From a virus: a stretch of DNA of 64,000 nt. Below the pieces are notes generated by a model that saw only the letters and a program-made list of their open reading frames with translations, did no database searches and was not told where the DNA came from. Positions 48,989 to 59,100 of the stretch are shown here, piece after piece. Every line of letters begins with the position of its first letter. Within the stretch, counting starts at the first letter, position 1. The position numbers and the translations under genes are program-made. The DNA is taken from IMG/VR virus record IMGVR_UViG_3300042881_006586. One strand, 5' to 3'.

Positions 48989-50779
48989 GTGAGTAATATT
49001 AAAAAAAATACAAACAAAATATTTGATATAAAATTAAACAATTGCAACTATTGGGATTTTTACCTCTCAATGGATGCATCAAGTGATTGTTTTGTTTGTG
49101 ATAATTTAATTACAGGAGATGTAGTAGCTACTTTTGATTTTGATAATATTTCAGGGTTGTGTAGTACTGTAACATGGGAAAATGCAACTTCTTTCAATAA
49201 AGACCTTTGTGATATTGGATTAACAGGTTATGATAATCGTTTTGTAGATTGGTACACAGGGGAAACTTTTAATCCTTCAGGTGATACAACTTTCTGTGTA
49301 AAAAGAGTTTCAGGAGATACATACTGTTATGAAATGAATCATATGCCTGCTTATGGAGTAGAACCTGAACATATTCAATTCTGTGGTGGTTTTTTCCAAG
49401 GATTTTACAGGCTTCATGGGTATGATTATGATGTTCTTCCGAATATGTATTATAAAGGTTGGACAAAAGAATTTTGGCTCAAAAGAACCGATTGCCCTTC
49501 AGGAGAAACTGTAACTATTACAGGTGAAACAATTACTTATGAAGAAACCGAATTAAATGTTATTGAAACCATTGAAATTTGGCAAACAGATGTCATATCA
49601 GGAGGTACTTGTACAGATAAATTTCAATTGAATGAAGTTTATCCTGATAACAAAGGGATATTTTATTTTTGGGGATTGAGAGCTGAAAATAAGTTTTGTG
49701 CCTTTTCACCTTTTTCAGAATTGACAACTTGTGAAGGATTAAGTCTTGCTCCAAAGATAACAGAAATTCCTTTTGAACCTGATGTCAATCCGTTTTTATA
49801 TTATACAAGAAGAACTGCTTATTGTACAGATGAGCCTAATTCAACTGCAGAATTGATTGATTGCTGTGATGGTATTATTAATAATGCTTTAGCTTTCAGA
49901 GTTACAGATGATGGAGAAATTGGATTGAGATTGATGACAACTACAGGTGAATGTATGTTAGTTGGGGATTCAATAATGTTCTCAGGAAGTCCTGTTGTTG
50001 AAGAATTTTATTCTAAAAAGAATCTTGTTAAAAAAGACAAATGGTATCATGTTACATATAGATTTGAGCCATATGAAAGACATCACTGTATAGGTTATAG
50101 AGTTAGTGCAGGTATCCTTTCAGTTTTTGTAGATGGATTTTTGAAATTGAAAATCGATGGATTTCCTGAATTTATTCCTTATGAATTAAATGAAATTCCT
50201 GAGAAGCAATTGGGAGTTCCATTTAATATAAGTCTTGGAGGTGGAACACAGGGTCTTTTGGAAAGTTATACTTTTTCAGGTCTTACTGAATCTTTTGATT
50301 TAACAGGATATACTTTATGTAATTATATTTCAAAGGTAATTGCACCATGTACTTTTAATGGGATTGTAATAAACGGTGAAAGGATTGTAAGCCCAAAATT
50401 CACAGTTCATGAGGCTGATTTAATAAAAGCTTGGTTAGAAATGCATGTCAAAAGTATGGGTGAAATTGAAATAGAACCTTATTATATGGGTGATAGGGAT
50501 TCTATAAAAATAACATTCAATGCAGTTATCGATAAATTAGACTATATATTATTAGAAAAAGGAGTTTCTTGTATAGTTCAAACTAATTGTATAGATGTGC
50601 CTCCTTTTAATGGTAGATGTGGCTATTTGGAAGATAACTTTGCAGGGACATTTATTGGAGGAATTGGTGAGTTTAGACTGCATGATAGACCTCTTTGTTT
50701 GCAAGAAATTAGATGTAACTTTGAATTAGAAAAAGCAAAATATAATCGTAATAGAGACAGAATAGAATGCGAAATATGA
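48989..50779 (+). CDS. Cys-rich LamG/concanavalin-like virion protein
   Basis: WYHVTY..LSVFVDG..FIGGIGEFRLHDRPL LamG-like motifs; 25 Cys; GTG start. Confidence 0.65.
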   Translation: MSNIKKNTNKIFDIKLNNCNYWDFYLSMDASSDCFVCDNLITGDVVATFDFDNISGLCSTVTWENATSFNKDLCDIGLTGYDNRFVDWYTGETFNPSGDTTFCVKRVSGDTYCYEMNHMPAYGVEPEHIQFCGGFFQGFYRLHGYDYDVLPNMYYKGWTKEFWLKRTDCPSGETVTITGETITYEETELNVIETIEIWQTDVISGGTCTDKFQLNEVYPDNKGIFYFWGLRAENKFCAFSPFSELTTCEGLSLAPKITEIPFEPDVNPFLYYTRRTAYCTDEPNSTAELIDCCDGIINNALAFRVTDDGEIGLRLMTTTGECMLVGDSIMFSGSPVVEEFYSKKNLVKKDKWYHVTYRFEPYERHHCIGYRVSAGILSVFVDGFLKLKIDGFPEFIPYELNEIPEKQLGVPFNISLGGGTQGLLESYTFSGLTESFDLTGYTLCNYISKVIAPCTFNGIVINGERIVSPKFTVHEADLIKAWLEMHVKSMGEIEIEPYYMGDRDSIKITFNAVIDKLDYILLEKGVSCIVQTNCIDVPPFNGRCGYLEDNFAGTFIGGIGEFRLHDRPLCLQEIRCNFELEKAKYNRNRDRIECEI

Positions 50780-50783
50780 AAAT
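50737..50783 (+). repeat. 47-bp direct repeat copy 1 (3' end of 48989 gene + next start)
   Basis: 45/47 identical to 51442-51488. Confidence 0.95.
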
Positions 50784-51438
50784 ATTAATAACTGAAGAAC
50801 AATATAAACTTCTAAGGGAAGTTGATAAAGATGGAATTGGGACTATTGATGATATTAATAAGAAGTTTAATTATAAAATAGGTAAGATGATTGGTTACGG
50901 TAAATATAGTTTTGTTTTTGAATACGAGGATGATAAGGTTGTTAAGATAAAGAATAATAATAATAATAATTATAATGATTATGGTTTTTTTAAAACATAT
51001 GATATAGGGGAATTTACTTTTAATGAAGATGTATTAACAGTAAATGAAAAACATTTAGCAGTTTATAACGATAAGTTATATTATGTTATAATGGAAAAAT
51101 TAAATATAGATAAAGATTTAATTAATAGCTTAGATACTGTTGAATTTGTTATTGAAAGCTTTATGGAGCATGCTAAAATAAAAAATACTACAACTAAACT
51201 GAATTGGCTGTATCAAAATTTTGAAAATGATGATATTTTAATGAAGCTTATTGATTTTTCTAAAGAAAAAATATTTAAATACCAAAGAGAAATGGATGAA
51301 TTTATTTCAATTATGACAGACCTTTATCAATTATTTTTAAAAATGAAGCAAAAAGGTTTAAATTGGAGGGATATGCATAGTGGAAATTTTGCATACAATT
51401 CGAATATGGAATTAACACCATTTGATATGGAATTTTAA
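50776..51438 (+). CDS. protein-kinase-like enzyme with MKILITEEQY leader
   Basis: IGYGKYSFVF Gly loop, VVKI, WRDMHSGNF catalytic loop, terminal FD; start revised to 50776 (ATGA overlap). Confidence 0.75.
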   Translation: MKILITEEQYKLLREVDKDGIGTIDDINKKFNYKIGKMIGYGKYSFVFEYEDDKVVKIKNNNNNNYNDYGFFKTYDIGEFTFNEDVLTVNEKHLAVYNDKLYYVIMEKLNIDKDLINSLDTVEFVIESFMEHAKIKNTTTKLNWLYQNFENDDILMKLIDFSKEKIFKYQREMDEFISIMTDLYQLFLKMKQKGLNWRDMHSGNFAYNSNMELTPFDMEF

Positions 51439-51441
51439 AGA

Positions 51442-51488
51442 AAAATATAATCATAATAGAGACAGAATAGAATGCGAATTATGAAAAT
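51442..51488 (+). repeat. 47-bp direct repeat copy 2
   Basis: aaaatataatcataatagagacagaatagaatgcgaattatgaaaat. Confidence 0.95.
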
Positions 51489-53589
51489 GAAATCCTTAAT
51501 AGAAATTTATAACTTAGTTTTAGAATCAAAAAAAACTGAAGAACAGTCTTTAAACATATTGAATAAAGTCAATGTTCCTGATGCAAATAAAATTCTTGAA
51601 GATTTAAAATCAATCGACAAGTCTGATAATCAAAAGAATTTGCCTTTTATGGCAACTATTGTCACATGGAATCTTAATGATTCAAATATTATTAATAATA
51701 TGAATTCTATCTTTGAAAAGTATAATGAATTGTTAAAAAACAATAACATAAAACCTATGCTATTAACCCAAAATAAAATTACTATAGGTAATGATACTTT
51801 CAATAATTTTCTTAAATTGGCTGAACATATTGATGGAATACATACTGATTTTAGTTATATACAGAAAAGAAAAAAAGAGTCATTTATAGTATATGAAAAT
51901 GAAGATACTCCTTTGTTTAGTTCAAATGGAATAGATGTTTACGATGGAACTGAAGTTGGAAAATGTATAAAATACACTCAAGGGAGATTAACAGGTAAAA
52001 AATATAGTTTCTGTATTGGTCAACCAATGAATACAATATATCAATCATATAGAGATAAAAAAGTATCTACATTTTATTTTATTGTAGATAGAAATAGATT
52101 TAAAACAAATTCGGATGGTTCAGTAAATCTTGATGACCCATTACATATTGTTGTATTTGATATGACTAAGAATGGAATTCAATTGACAGATGCAGATAAT
52201 AAAACAGGAAATATTGCGAAATATGGAACAAATGTTCAAAGATATGTTTCCTATCTGAAATCAAAAGGAATCCCTGTAGATAAGCTTGTAAATAAACCTA
52301 AAACTCCTGAAGAGGAAAAAGAGGATAAACTTCTTGGTAAATCAAATAAATCATTAGAATGGTTTATAAAACTTCCATATGAGATGAAATCAAAATATAT
52401 AGGAAGAGGAAATGAGCTTACAGATAAACAATTTGATATCATATTTAAAGATAAATATTTATTAAATCAATATGTAAATATTGGTTCAGCTTTGCCTGAA
52501 TATCAGTTTAAAAAGTTATTTTATAATTTGCCTGCATTAAAATCTTATATAAGAACAAGGCAAATTGCTGTTAAAAATGGTAGTTCATATGAATTTTATG
52601 AACAAAATTTAACAGACGAGCAATTTGATATCATAATTAAAAATGATGATATATTAAAACAATATATAAATACAGGTTCAGCCATACCTGAATATCAATT
52701 TAAAAAGTTGTTTTATAATTTGCCTGCATATAAAACTTATATGAAAGCAAGAGCAATTGCCAATCAGAAATATTGGGATTATAATGATTATGAAATAAAT
52801 TTAACATCTGAACAATTTGATATTTTATTAAAAGATGAAGATGCATTAACATATTATTTTAATACAGGTGCTGCATTATCAGAAGATAATTTTAAAATAA
52901 TATCAGGGATACCATCATTATATAATACATATATGATAGCAAGAGGAAATATGATTAAAATTCCTTATACAGTTAATTATGATAATCATACTGATAATTA
53001 TACAAATAATGCTGCAATTAGTTATTATAAATCATATGAACTACCATTTGAATATATTGATAAATTAAAAAATATGGTTGAAAGAGGATTAGATTCTGCA
53101 CATAAGTATGCATCTAAATTAAAATTAGACGAAGAACAATTTATAGAAAAATATTATAAAAATATAACAAAGGCAAGAAAATATTATATAGGTTGGGTAG
53201 GAGAATTAGCGGATTTGTATAATGAAAGTTCAATTTTTTTAGAAGATAAAAATATTTCAGAAATAACAGATGATTTACTTAAATTAAAAAAAGCTGAATA
53301 CTTAAATTTAAGAAATAATAATATATCTTTTATACCTAAAGGGTTTTCTAATTTAAAATTAGAAGTTCTAAGTTTAGATGATAACAATTTATCTGAAATT
53401 TCTGAAGAAATATGTAATATGAAAACATTAATAGAGTTAACTTTAAGAAATAATAATATTTCAAAAATACCTGATTCTATAAAAAATCTAAGAAGATTAG
53501 AAGATTTAGACCTTAGAGGTAATCCTTTACCAAATGAGGAAATACAAAAAGTAAAGAGATTATTAAGAAAAACTGATATAAGAATATAA
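51487..53589 (+). CDS. LRR-containing protein, paralog A (MKSLIEIYNLVLE leader)
   Basis: C-terminal LxxLxLxxNxL/I repeats; three 64-aa internal repeats; N-terminus identical to the 53988 gene. Confidence 0.75.
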   Translation: MKSLIEIYNLVLESKKTEEQSLNILNKVNVPDANKILEDLKSIDKSDNQKNLPFMATIVTWNLNDSNIINNMNSIFEKYNELLKNNNIKPMLLTQNKITIGNDTFNNFLKLAEHIDGIHTDFSYIQKRKKESFIVYENEDTPLFSSNGIDVYDGTEVGKCIKYTQGRLTGKKYSFCIGQPMNTIYQSYRDKKVSTFYFIVDRNRFKTNSDGSVNLDDPLHIVVFDMTKNGIQLTDADNKTGNIAKYGTNVQRYVSYLKSKGIPVDKLVNKPKTPEEEKEDKLLGKSNKSLEWFIKLPYEMKSKYIGRGNELTDKQFDIIFKDKYLLNQYVNIGSALPEYQFKKLFYNLPALKSYIRTRQIAVKNGSSYEFYEQNLTDEQFDIIIKNDDILKQYINTGSAIPEYQFKKLFYNLPAYKTYMKARAIANQKYWDYNDYEINLTSEQFDILLKDEDALTYYFNTGAALSEDNFKIISGIPSLYNTYMIARGNMIKIPYTVNYDNHTDNYTNNAAISYYKSYELPFEYIDKLKNMVERGLDSAHKYASKLKLDEEQFIEKYYKNITKARKYYIGWVGELADLYNESSIFLEDKNISEITDDLLKLKKAEYLNLRNNNISFIPKGFSNLKLEVLSLDDNNLSEISEEICNMKTLIELTLRNNNISKIPDSIKNLRRLEDLDLRGNPLPNEEIQKVKRLLRKTDIRI

Positions 53590-53622
53590 AAATTAAAGGC
53601 ATTAATTAAAACCTATAAAATA

Positions 53623-53985
53623 ATGGAATTTTTTATTAAACAAAAAGCCACTCTTCCTTATTTGGAATTAGAATTAGTTGAAGATGGGTATAGCGACAAA
53701 AGTAATTTCTTTGATAAACTTCAAAATGCACTTGTAACATTTTCTATGGAAAGTGTTGAAGGCTGCGTTAAGAATATTGTCTGCAGACCTATGGAAGTTA
53801 TCGAAGATGATTGCGGTAAATACTGTGCTAATTGTCAAAAGAAATTCAAAATTATTTACAAATGGAGAGAAAGAGATACTTTGAATAAAGGTAGGTTCTT
53901 AGCAAATATTGAAATTGATTTCCTTGATGGATGTGGTAAATTAATTGTACCAATACGAGAAAAATTATATGTAAGTATTATATAA
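53623..53985 (+). CDS. Cys-rich BppU-like Ig-fold putative baseplate protein
   Basis: FFIKQKATLPYL..VTFSM..IYKW..DT..GRFLANIEI..LIVP pattern; 6 Cys. Confidence 0.55.
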   Translation: MEFFIKQKATLPYLELELVEDGYSDKSNFFDKLQNALVTFSMESVEGCVKNIVCRPMEVIEDDCGKYCANCQKKFKIIYKWRERDTLNKGRFLANIEIDFLDGCGKLIVPIREKLYVSII

Positions 53986-53988
53986 AAA
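53896..53988 (+). repeat. ~93-bp direct repeat copy 1 (3' end of 53623 gene)
   Basis: Matches 55620-55712 with 3 mismatches. Confidence 0.95.
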
Positions 53989-55583
53989 TGAAATCCTTAA
54001 TAGAAATTTATAACTTAGTTTTAGAATCAAAAAAAACTGAAGAACAAGCACAAGATATACTGCTAAAATCTAAATTTTCTGAAGAAGAAATTTTTAAAAT
54101 AATAAATGAATTAAAAAAAATTGATACTTCAGAAAATCAAAAATACCTCCCAATGATGGCAACAGTTTTTTCTTGGGGAGAAAAAAATTATGAAACAATT
54201 AAAGATATTTTTGATGATTATGATGAATTATTTTTAAATAATAATATTGGTAAAATGTTTTCATCTAATATGAGAATTAAAATCTTAGAAAAAGATGGTA
54301 AAGAAAAGGAATTTAACGATTTTCTAAAATTTACTGAATATATTCACGGAATTAGAGATAATGCTTATAAAAAGAAATATGGTTATTCTTATGAAGAATA
54401 TAAATCTGAAGATACCCCTATATTAAGTTCAAATGGAATAGATATTTATGAAGCTAATAGTGTAGGGAAATGTATAAAATACACTCAAGGAAAATTAACA
54501 GGTAAATATTATAGTTTTTGTATTGGTCAACCAATGAATACAATGTATCAATCATATAGAGATAAAAAAGTATCTACATTTTATTTTATTGTTGATAGAA
54601 ATAGATTCAAAACAAATTCAAATGGGTCTGTAAATCTTGATGACCCATTACATATTGTTGTATTGGATGTTACATCATACGGTATTGAATTAACAGATGC
54701 AAATAATACAACAGGAAAAGTGGCTGAATATGGTACAAATGTTGATGGATATGTTTCATATTTAAAATCAAAAGGAATCCCTGTAGATAGACTTGTAAAT
54801 AAACCAAAAACTCCTGAAGAAAAAGAAGAAGAAGAACTTCTTGGTAATACAAATGATTCTTTAGAGTGGTTTATGCAATTACCTTATGAAATGAAATCAA
54901 AATATATAGGAAGGGGGCATAAGCTTACAGATGAACAATTTGATATTATTTTATCTGATAAAAAATTATTAAATCAATATTTAAATATAGGTAATACTTT
55001 ATCTGATAGTCAATTTAAAATAATAGAAAATATTCCTTCTGCATTGAATAGTTATATAAAAAGTAGAAAAATTGCTATTTCAAATGGAGAAAAAGTTTCT
55101 TTAGTTGAATTGGATTATTTGCCTTTAGAAACTATAGATGATATTAAATTAATTGATTCTAATCATCCTTTTAGTGATTTTGGAAATAAAAAATTAAAAG
55201 AAATACCTGATTCTATTAGAAATTTAAGGAATTTAATAACTTTAAAATTTATATCTAATGGTATTGAAGAAATACCTGATTGGATAGATGAGTTAAAATA
55301 TTTATCATATATATATTTATCTAATAATAAAATACAGAACTTACCTGAATCAATTACTAATTTAAAATATTTAACAGAATTAGATTTGTCAAATAATAAT
55401 ATTAGAGAATTACCTAATTCGTTCAAAAAATTAACCTCTTTAAAAAAATTAATCCTTTTTGGAAATGAAATCCCTGAAGAAAAAATTATAATTTTAAAAG
55501 AATTATTACCAACGTGCGAAATAGTATATGAACAAAAAGATTTTAATCAATGGAAAAGAAAACAAAGAAGGAGGACAATTTAA
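53988..55583 (+). CDS. LRR-containing protein, paralog B
   Basis: Shared core YSFCIGQPMNT..STFYFIVDRNRF; C-terminal LRRs (LTELDLSNNNIRELP). Confidence 0.75.
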   Translation: MKSLIEIYNLVLESKKTEEQAQDILLKSKFSEEEIFKIINELKKIDTSENQKYLPMMATVFSWGEKNYETIKDIFDDYDELFLNNNIGKMFSSNMRIKILEKDGKEKEFNDFLKFTEYIHGIRDNAYKKKYGYSYEEYKSEDTPILSSNGIDIYEANSVGKCIKYTQGKLTGKYYSFCIGQPMNTMYQSYRDKKVSTFYFIVDRNRFKTNSNGSVNLDDPLHIVVLDVTSYGIELTDANNTTGKVAEYGTNVDGYVSYLKSKGIPVDRLVNKPKTPEEKEEEELLGNTNDSLEWFMQLPYEMKSKYIGRGHKLTDEQFDIILSDKKLLNQYLNIGNTLSDSQFKIIENIPSALNSYIKSRKIAISNGEKVSLVELDYLPLETIDDIKLIDSNHPFSDFGNKKLKEIPDSIRNLRNLITLKFISNGIEEIPDWIDELKYLSYIYLSNNKIQNLPESITNLKYLTELDLSNNNIRELPNSFKKLTSLKKLILFGNEIPEEKIIILKELLPTCEIVYEQKDFNQWKRKQRRRTI

Positions 55584-55600
55584 CGAGTTACCTTTTTCAT

Positions 55601-55712
55601 TTTAAACAAAAATATAAGATTCTTAGCGAATATTGAAATTGATTTCCTTGATGGGTGTGGTAAATTAATTATACCAATACGAGAAAAATTATATGTAAGT
55701 ATTATATAAAAA
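55601..55712 (+). pseudogene. composite scar: 18-bp copy of the polB 3' end joined to a ~93-bp copy of the 53623-gene 3' end
   Basis: tttaaacaaaaatataag at 55601-55618 equals 56113-56130; 55620-55712 matches 53896-53988. Confidence 0.85.
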
Positions 55713-55739
55713 AAACCGCTCAATTGAGCGGTTTTTTTT
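55708..55739. terminator. bidirectional intrinsic terminator
   Basis: aaaaaaaaccgctc-aatt-gagcggtttttttt between convergent units. Confidence 0.9.
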
Positions 55740-55741
55740 GT

Positions 55742-56065
55742 TTAGTGAAATTTGATAAATTCTTCATCATCACCATAAATTTGTACACCTTTGCGCAAAT
55801 ATTCATCATTTTTTAAATCATATATAGATACAATTTCAGGTCTTTTAGATTCCATTTTTCCTTCAAACATATCATTAAGTATATCTTCTGCTTCAAAAAA
55901 AACATCACGAGAATCTGTAAATTTTTCATATATAAAAAAAGTATCATTCAATATAGATTCTTCATTACGATAAGAATATTCTACCTCATAATAAGGAGTT
56001 TTATTAGTTTCCTCTTTAATAATTCTTTTTACAAGCTGTCTGAGTTCATTTAATGTTATTTTCAT
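55742..56065 (-). CDS. hypothetical protein with MKITLNELRQLVKRIIKEE leader
   Basis: Own TATTTATT motif at 56082-56089. Confidence 0.65.
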   Translation of the reverse strand: MKITLNELRQLVKRIIKEETNKTPYYEVEYSYRNEESILNDTFFIYEKFTDSRDVFFEAEDILNDMFEGKMESKRPEIVSIYDLKNDEYLRKGVQIYGDDEEFIKFH

Positions 56066-56113
56066 AGTATTATTTTTTAATAATAAATATTATTCAAAAT
56101 AAAAAAAAACCAT

Positions 56114-59100
56114 TTAAACAAAAATATAAGGTGGATTTTCATTGTCAATATAAAATTGTTCTCCAATGAATCTTATCAATTCTACTCCTGTATATATTTT
56201 TTCATTAGGATTCAAAATTGATTCATTTGAGAATTCTCTTACTTCTAAAGAATTACTATCAAATGTATACATTCTATCAACAAACACATCTTTATAATCA
56301 AAAGGTGAATTTGGTGAAAGGTTAGCCATATCCCAAAATTCATATTCTTCATCCGTGATAATCATCAGTTCATTCATATCTTGTTGTTTATCTTCTTTAC
56401 CATCAAGAGGATACCCATGAACCAATTGGATTTCATCATCAGTAAACCAAGCTCTTTCATTTGCTTCTCTTTTGTACATTTTGTTAGGAGAAGGTATTTT
56501 GCTTCTGATATCAGGATGGAATACAATCCATATCTGTTCCAAAGCCTTGTTTAGCTTATTGATATACTTCATTGCATTATACTTCATTTTTGCATCCAAT
56601 TTATCATTTGGTACATAAGAGCAATAAAGAACATCTTTTTCGGTAATTACTTCTATGATGGTGATTTCACCATCTTTTTTGGTTTTCTTTTTCTTTATTT
56701 TGAATTTGATAGCATCAACATCTAATATTGATTCTAAATTGGTTTGTTTTGATACCTTTGCCTTTTTGGTTAATCCGTTTATATCTGAAAATTTTTGAAA
56801 AGTTGAATTGAAAAAGAATGTATCTTCATTGTAACATTTTTCGATTACATTCTTTAAATTTTCTTTTCCATCACTCAAATATTTTTCAAGTTTTTTCTGA
56901 GCAATTTCCGCAGCTTTTTCTCCTACAATAAAATAACCGATAGTATCTTTAACAGTGGCTCTGTCAGCTTCTTCTGCAGCATCATTATCATTGATGTAAT
57001 AAATCCAATCCCCAATTTCTACTTGCAAATTATTTTTGACTGCAAGCTCCATATGAGCTTGTTTATTGTATCTTCCTTCAAAAACACCTTTTTTATAATC
57101 ATCTAATGCCTTTTTGACTTTCATTTTACTTGCAATCTTTCTTGCAATCAAATCTCCATTATAGATTTTTTTGATATAAGTGTAATAGGCATCCAAGAAT
57201 TTTGTAGGATTGTTCAAAAGCAAATCTAAAAGGTTGGCATCATAAAAATCTACGATATATTCACTTTGCTTTTTATTGACAAGTCCGCCTCCAACATGGG
57301 AAATTTTATACTTTCCTTTGGATTCTTTTACATAAGTGAAATTACCTTTAGAAAAATTGACACAGGAGACAGCAAATTCATCAATTGCAACACCTGTATA
57401 GCCAATCATAAATTTATCGTTGTATTCCGCCACGAAAGCCTCTATACCACTATAAGCTTTATCTTTTTCTGTTAACCAAGACTTGCCTGTGCCAACATAA
57501 GAATAATTTTCGATTCCTTTAGGAATAACAAAGTTTGCTCCATCTGTATGGAAATATACAATTTTAAACCCATCCTTACCGAAATATTTAATCATATGGC
57601 GCATATTCTGTCTACTTGCACATGTAATATGCCAAGCACTTTGAATATGGCAGAATGGAGAAACATCAGGAGCACCTAACATTCCATAGAAACTATTAAT
57701 AAGAATTTTCAATGGAAGCTGTTTTTTATCATAGAACTGCTCCATTTCGCTATTCTTTTCTTTCTTAGCTTTATTCTTCATGTCTTTATAATGAAGTCTA
57801 CTTCTAAGAGCATATTCAAGAACCGATTTGTACACATTTGTAATATCTATATCAGGATTTTTACAATGTGCCAAAAATGTTGCAGGATATTGAGAAGAAA
57901 AGTCGATTTTTACAATATCCTCATGATAACCTGAATCAACCATCCCAAGAAGCCCTCCTGTATATTTCTTAGGTTTTTCATAGTCAGGAATAGCTGCACA
58001 ATTCAAATATGACCAAGCTGATAATATCAATTTCCATACAGTCGCATTTCCTGTAGTTGAAACTTTCTCATAAGAAGTCGGCAACCATTTCGCAAGAGAA
58101 AATGTCGCTTGAGAATAAAGGCTATCGAGCAGATATGGTTCATCTAAGTCATCAGAAAGATATCGTTGAACAATATAAGAACCACTTACAGTTTGATGCT
58201 TGTCAAAATCAATATGCTTATAAAAACTTTTTACATCTTTTAAGTTTTCAATCAATTCTTTACAATTGGAAACAAAATATTTCCAAAGAACCGTATTTTT
58301 TAATTCTGAACCAAAATTTTCAATAGGAACAACCAATTCATCATAATCTACAATCTTTTCATAGATTTTTTCGAATTCTGTATCTAATAAATCCCCATCA
58401 GAAATCAATTTGCCATTTTCATGGATTTGAATTGTAAATACATTGAAGCATTTATCTAAGAGAGGAATATCATTATATTCATTTGAACATCTAAGATATA
58501 TTTTTTTGATATTTCCGTAAAAATGTCCTTTTTCACCCTCATGTATTTTTTCAGAAGAAAAAAGAGATTCTTTTGAGATTTCTTTGCTTGATACAAAGTA
58601 AGAACCATCCTCATCATTGAAATAATAAGGTCTTTTATCTGAAGAAATTTTTCCAATTAAATCCCCTTGAACATAAACACGATTCTTCTTAGCAAGATTG
58701 GCATGTTTGATGTTATCTTTCAATTTGGCGTTAGGCAAAGACTTATCTTGTTCTGCAGCTCTTTTTACTGCAAACATAACATCACAGAAGTTTTTACCAA
58801 ACATTTTAGTTTGAGTATATCTTTCTGTTGTACCACCAATTTTTACTACTGAATTTTCTATTTTATAGTAAGTAAAATAGTTATATACCTTTCCATAAGT
58901 TTGATAAGCTTCTGCTACAGTATTTCTTATGTATTGTAATGCAGTTTTTTTACCTGCTTCACCATTTCTTCCATTTTCTTCTGCAACACATCCTAAAAGC
59001 TCCAATCGCTTTTCCATAAAAGGAAAATCGAAATCTTCACCATTATAAGTTAGAATTAAATCAGGGTCAAGTTCTGCGATTATTTTATATGATTCTGTGA

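Noticed and set aside
50737-55712. Classical IS or integrase-driven prophage att sites explaining the direct repeats
   Set aside because: There is no transposase, integrase or terminal inverted repeat, and the two repeats are unrelated to each other in sequence, which fits homology-driven insertion better.
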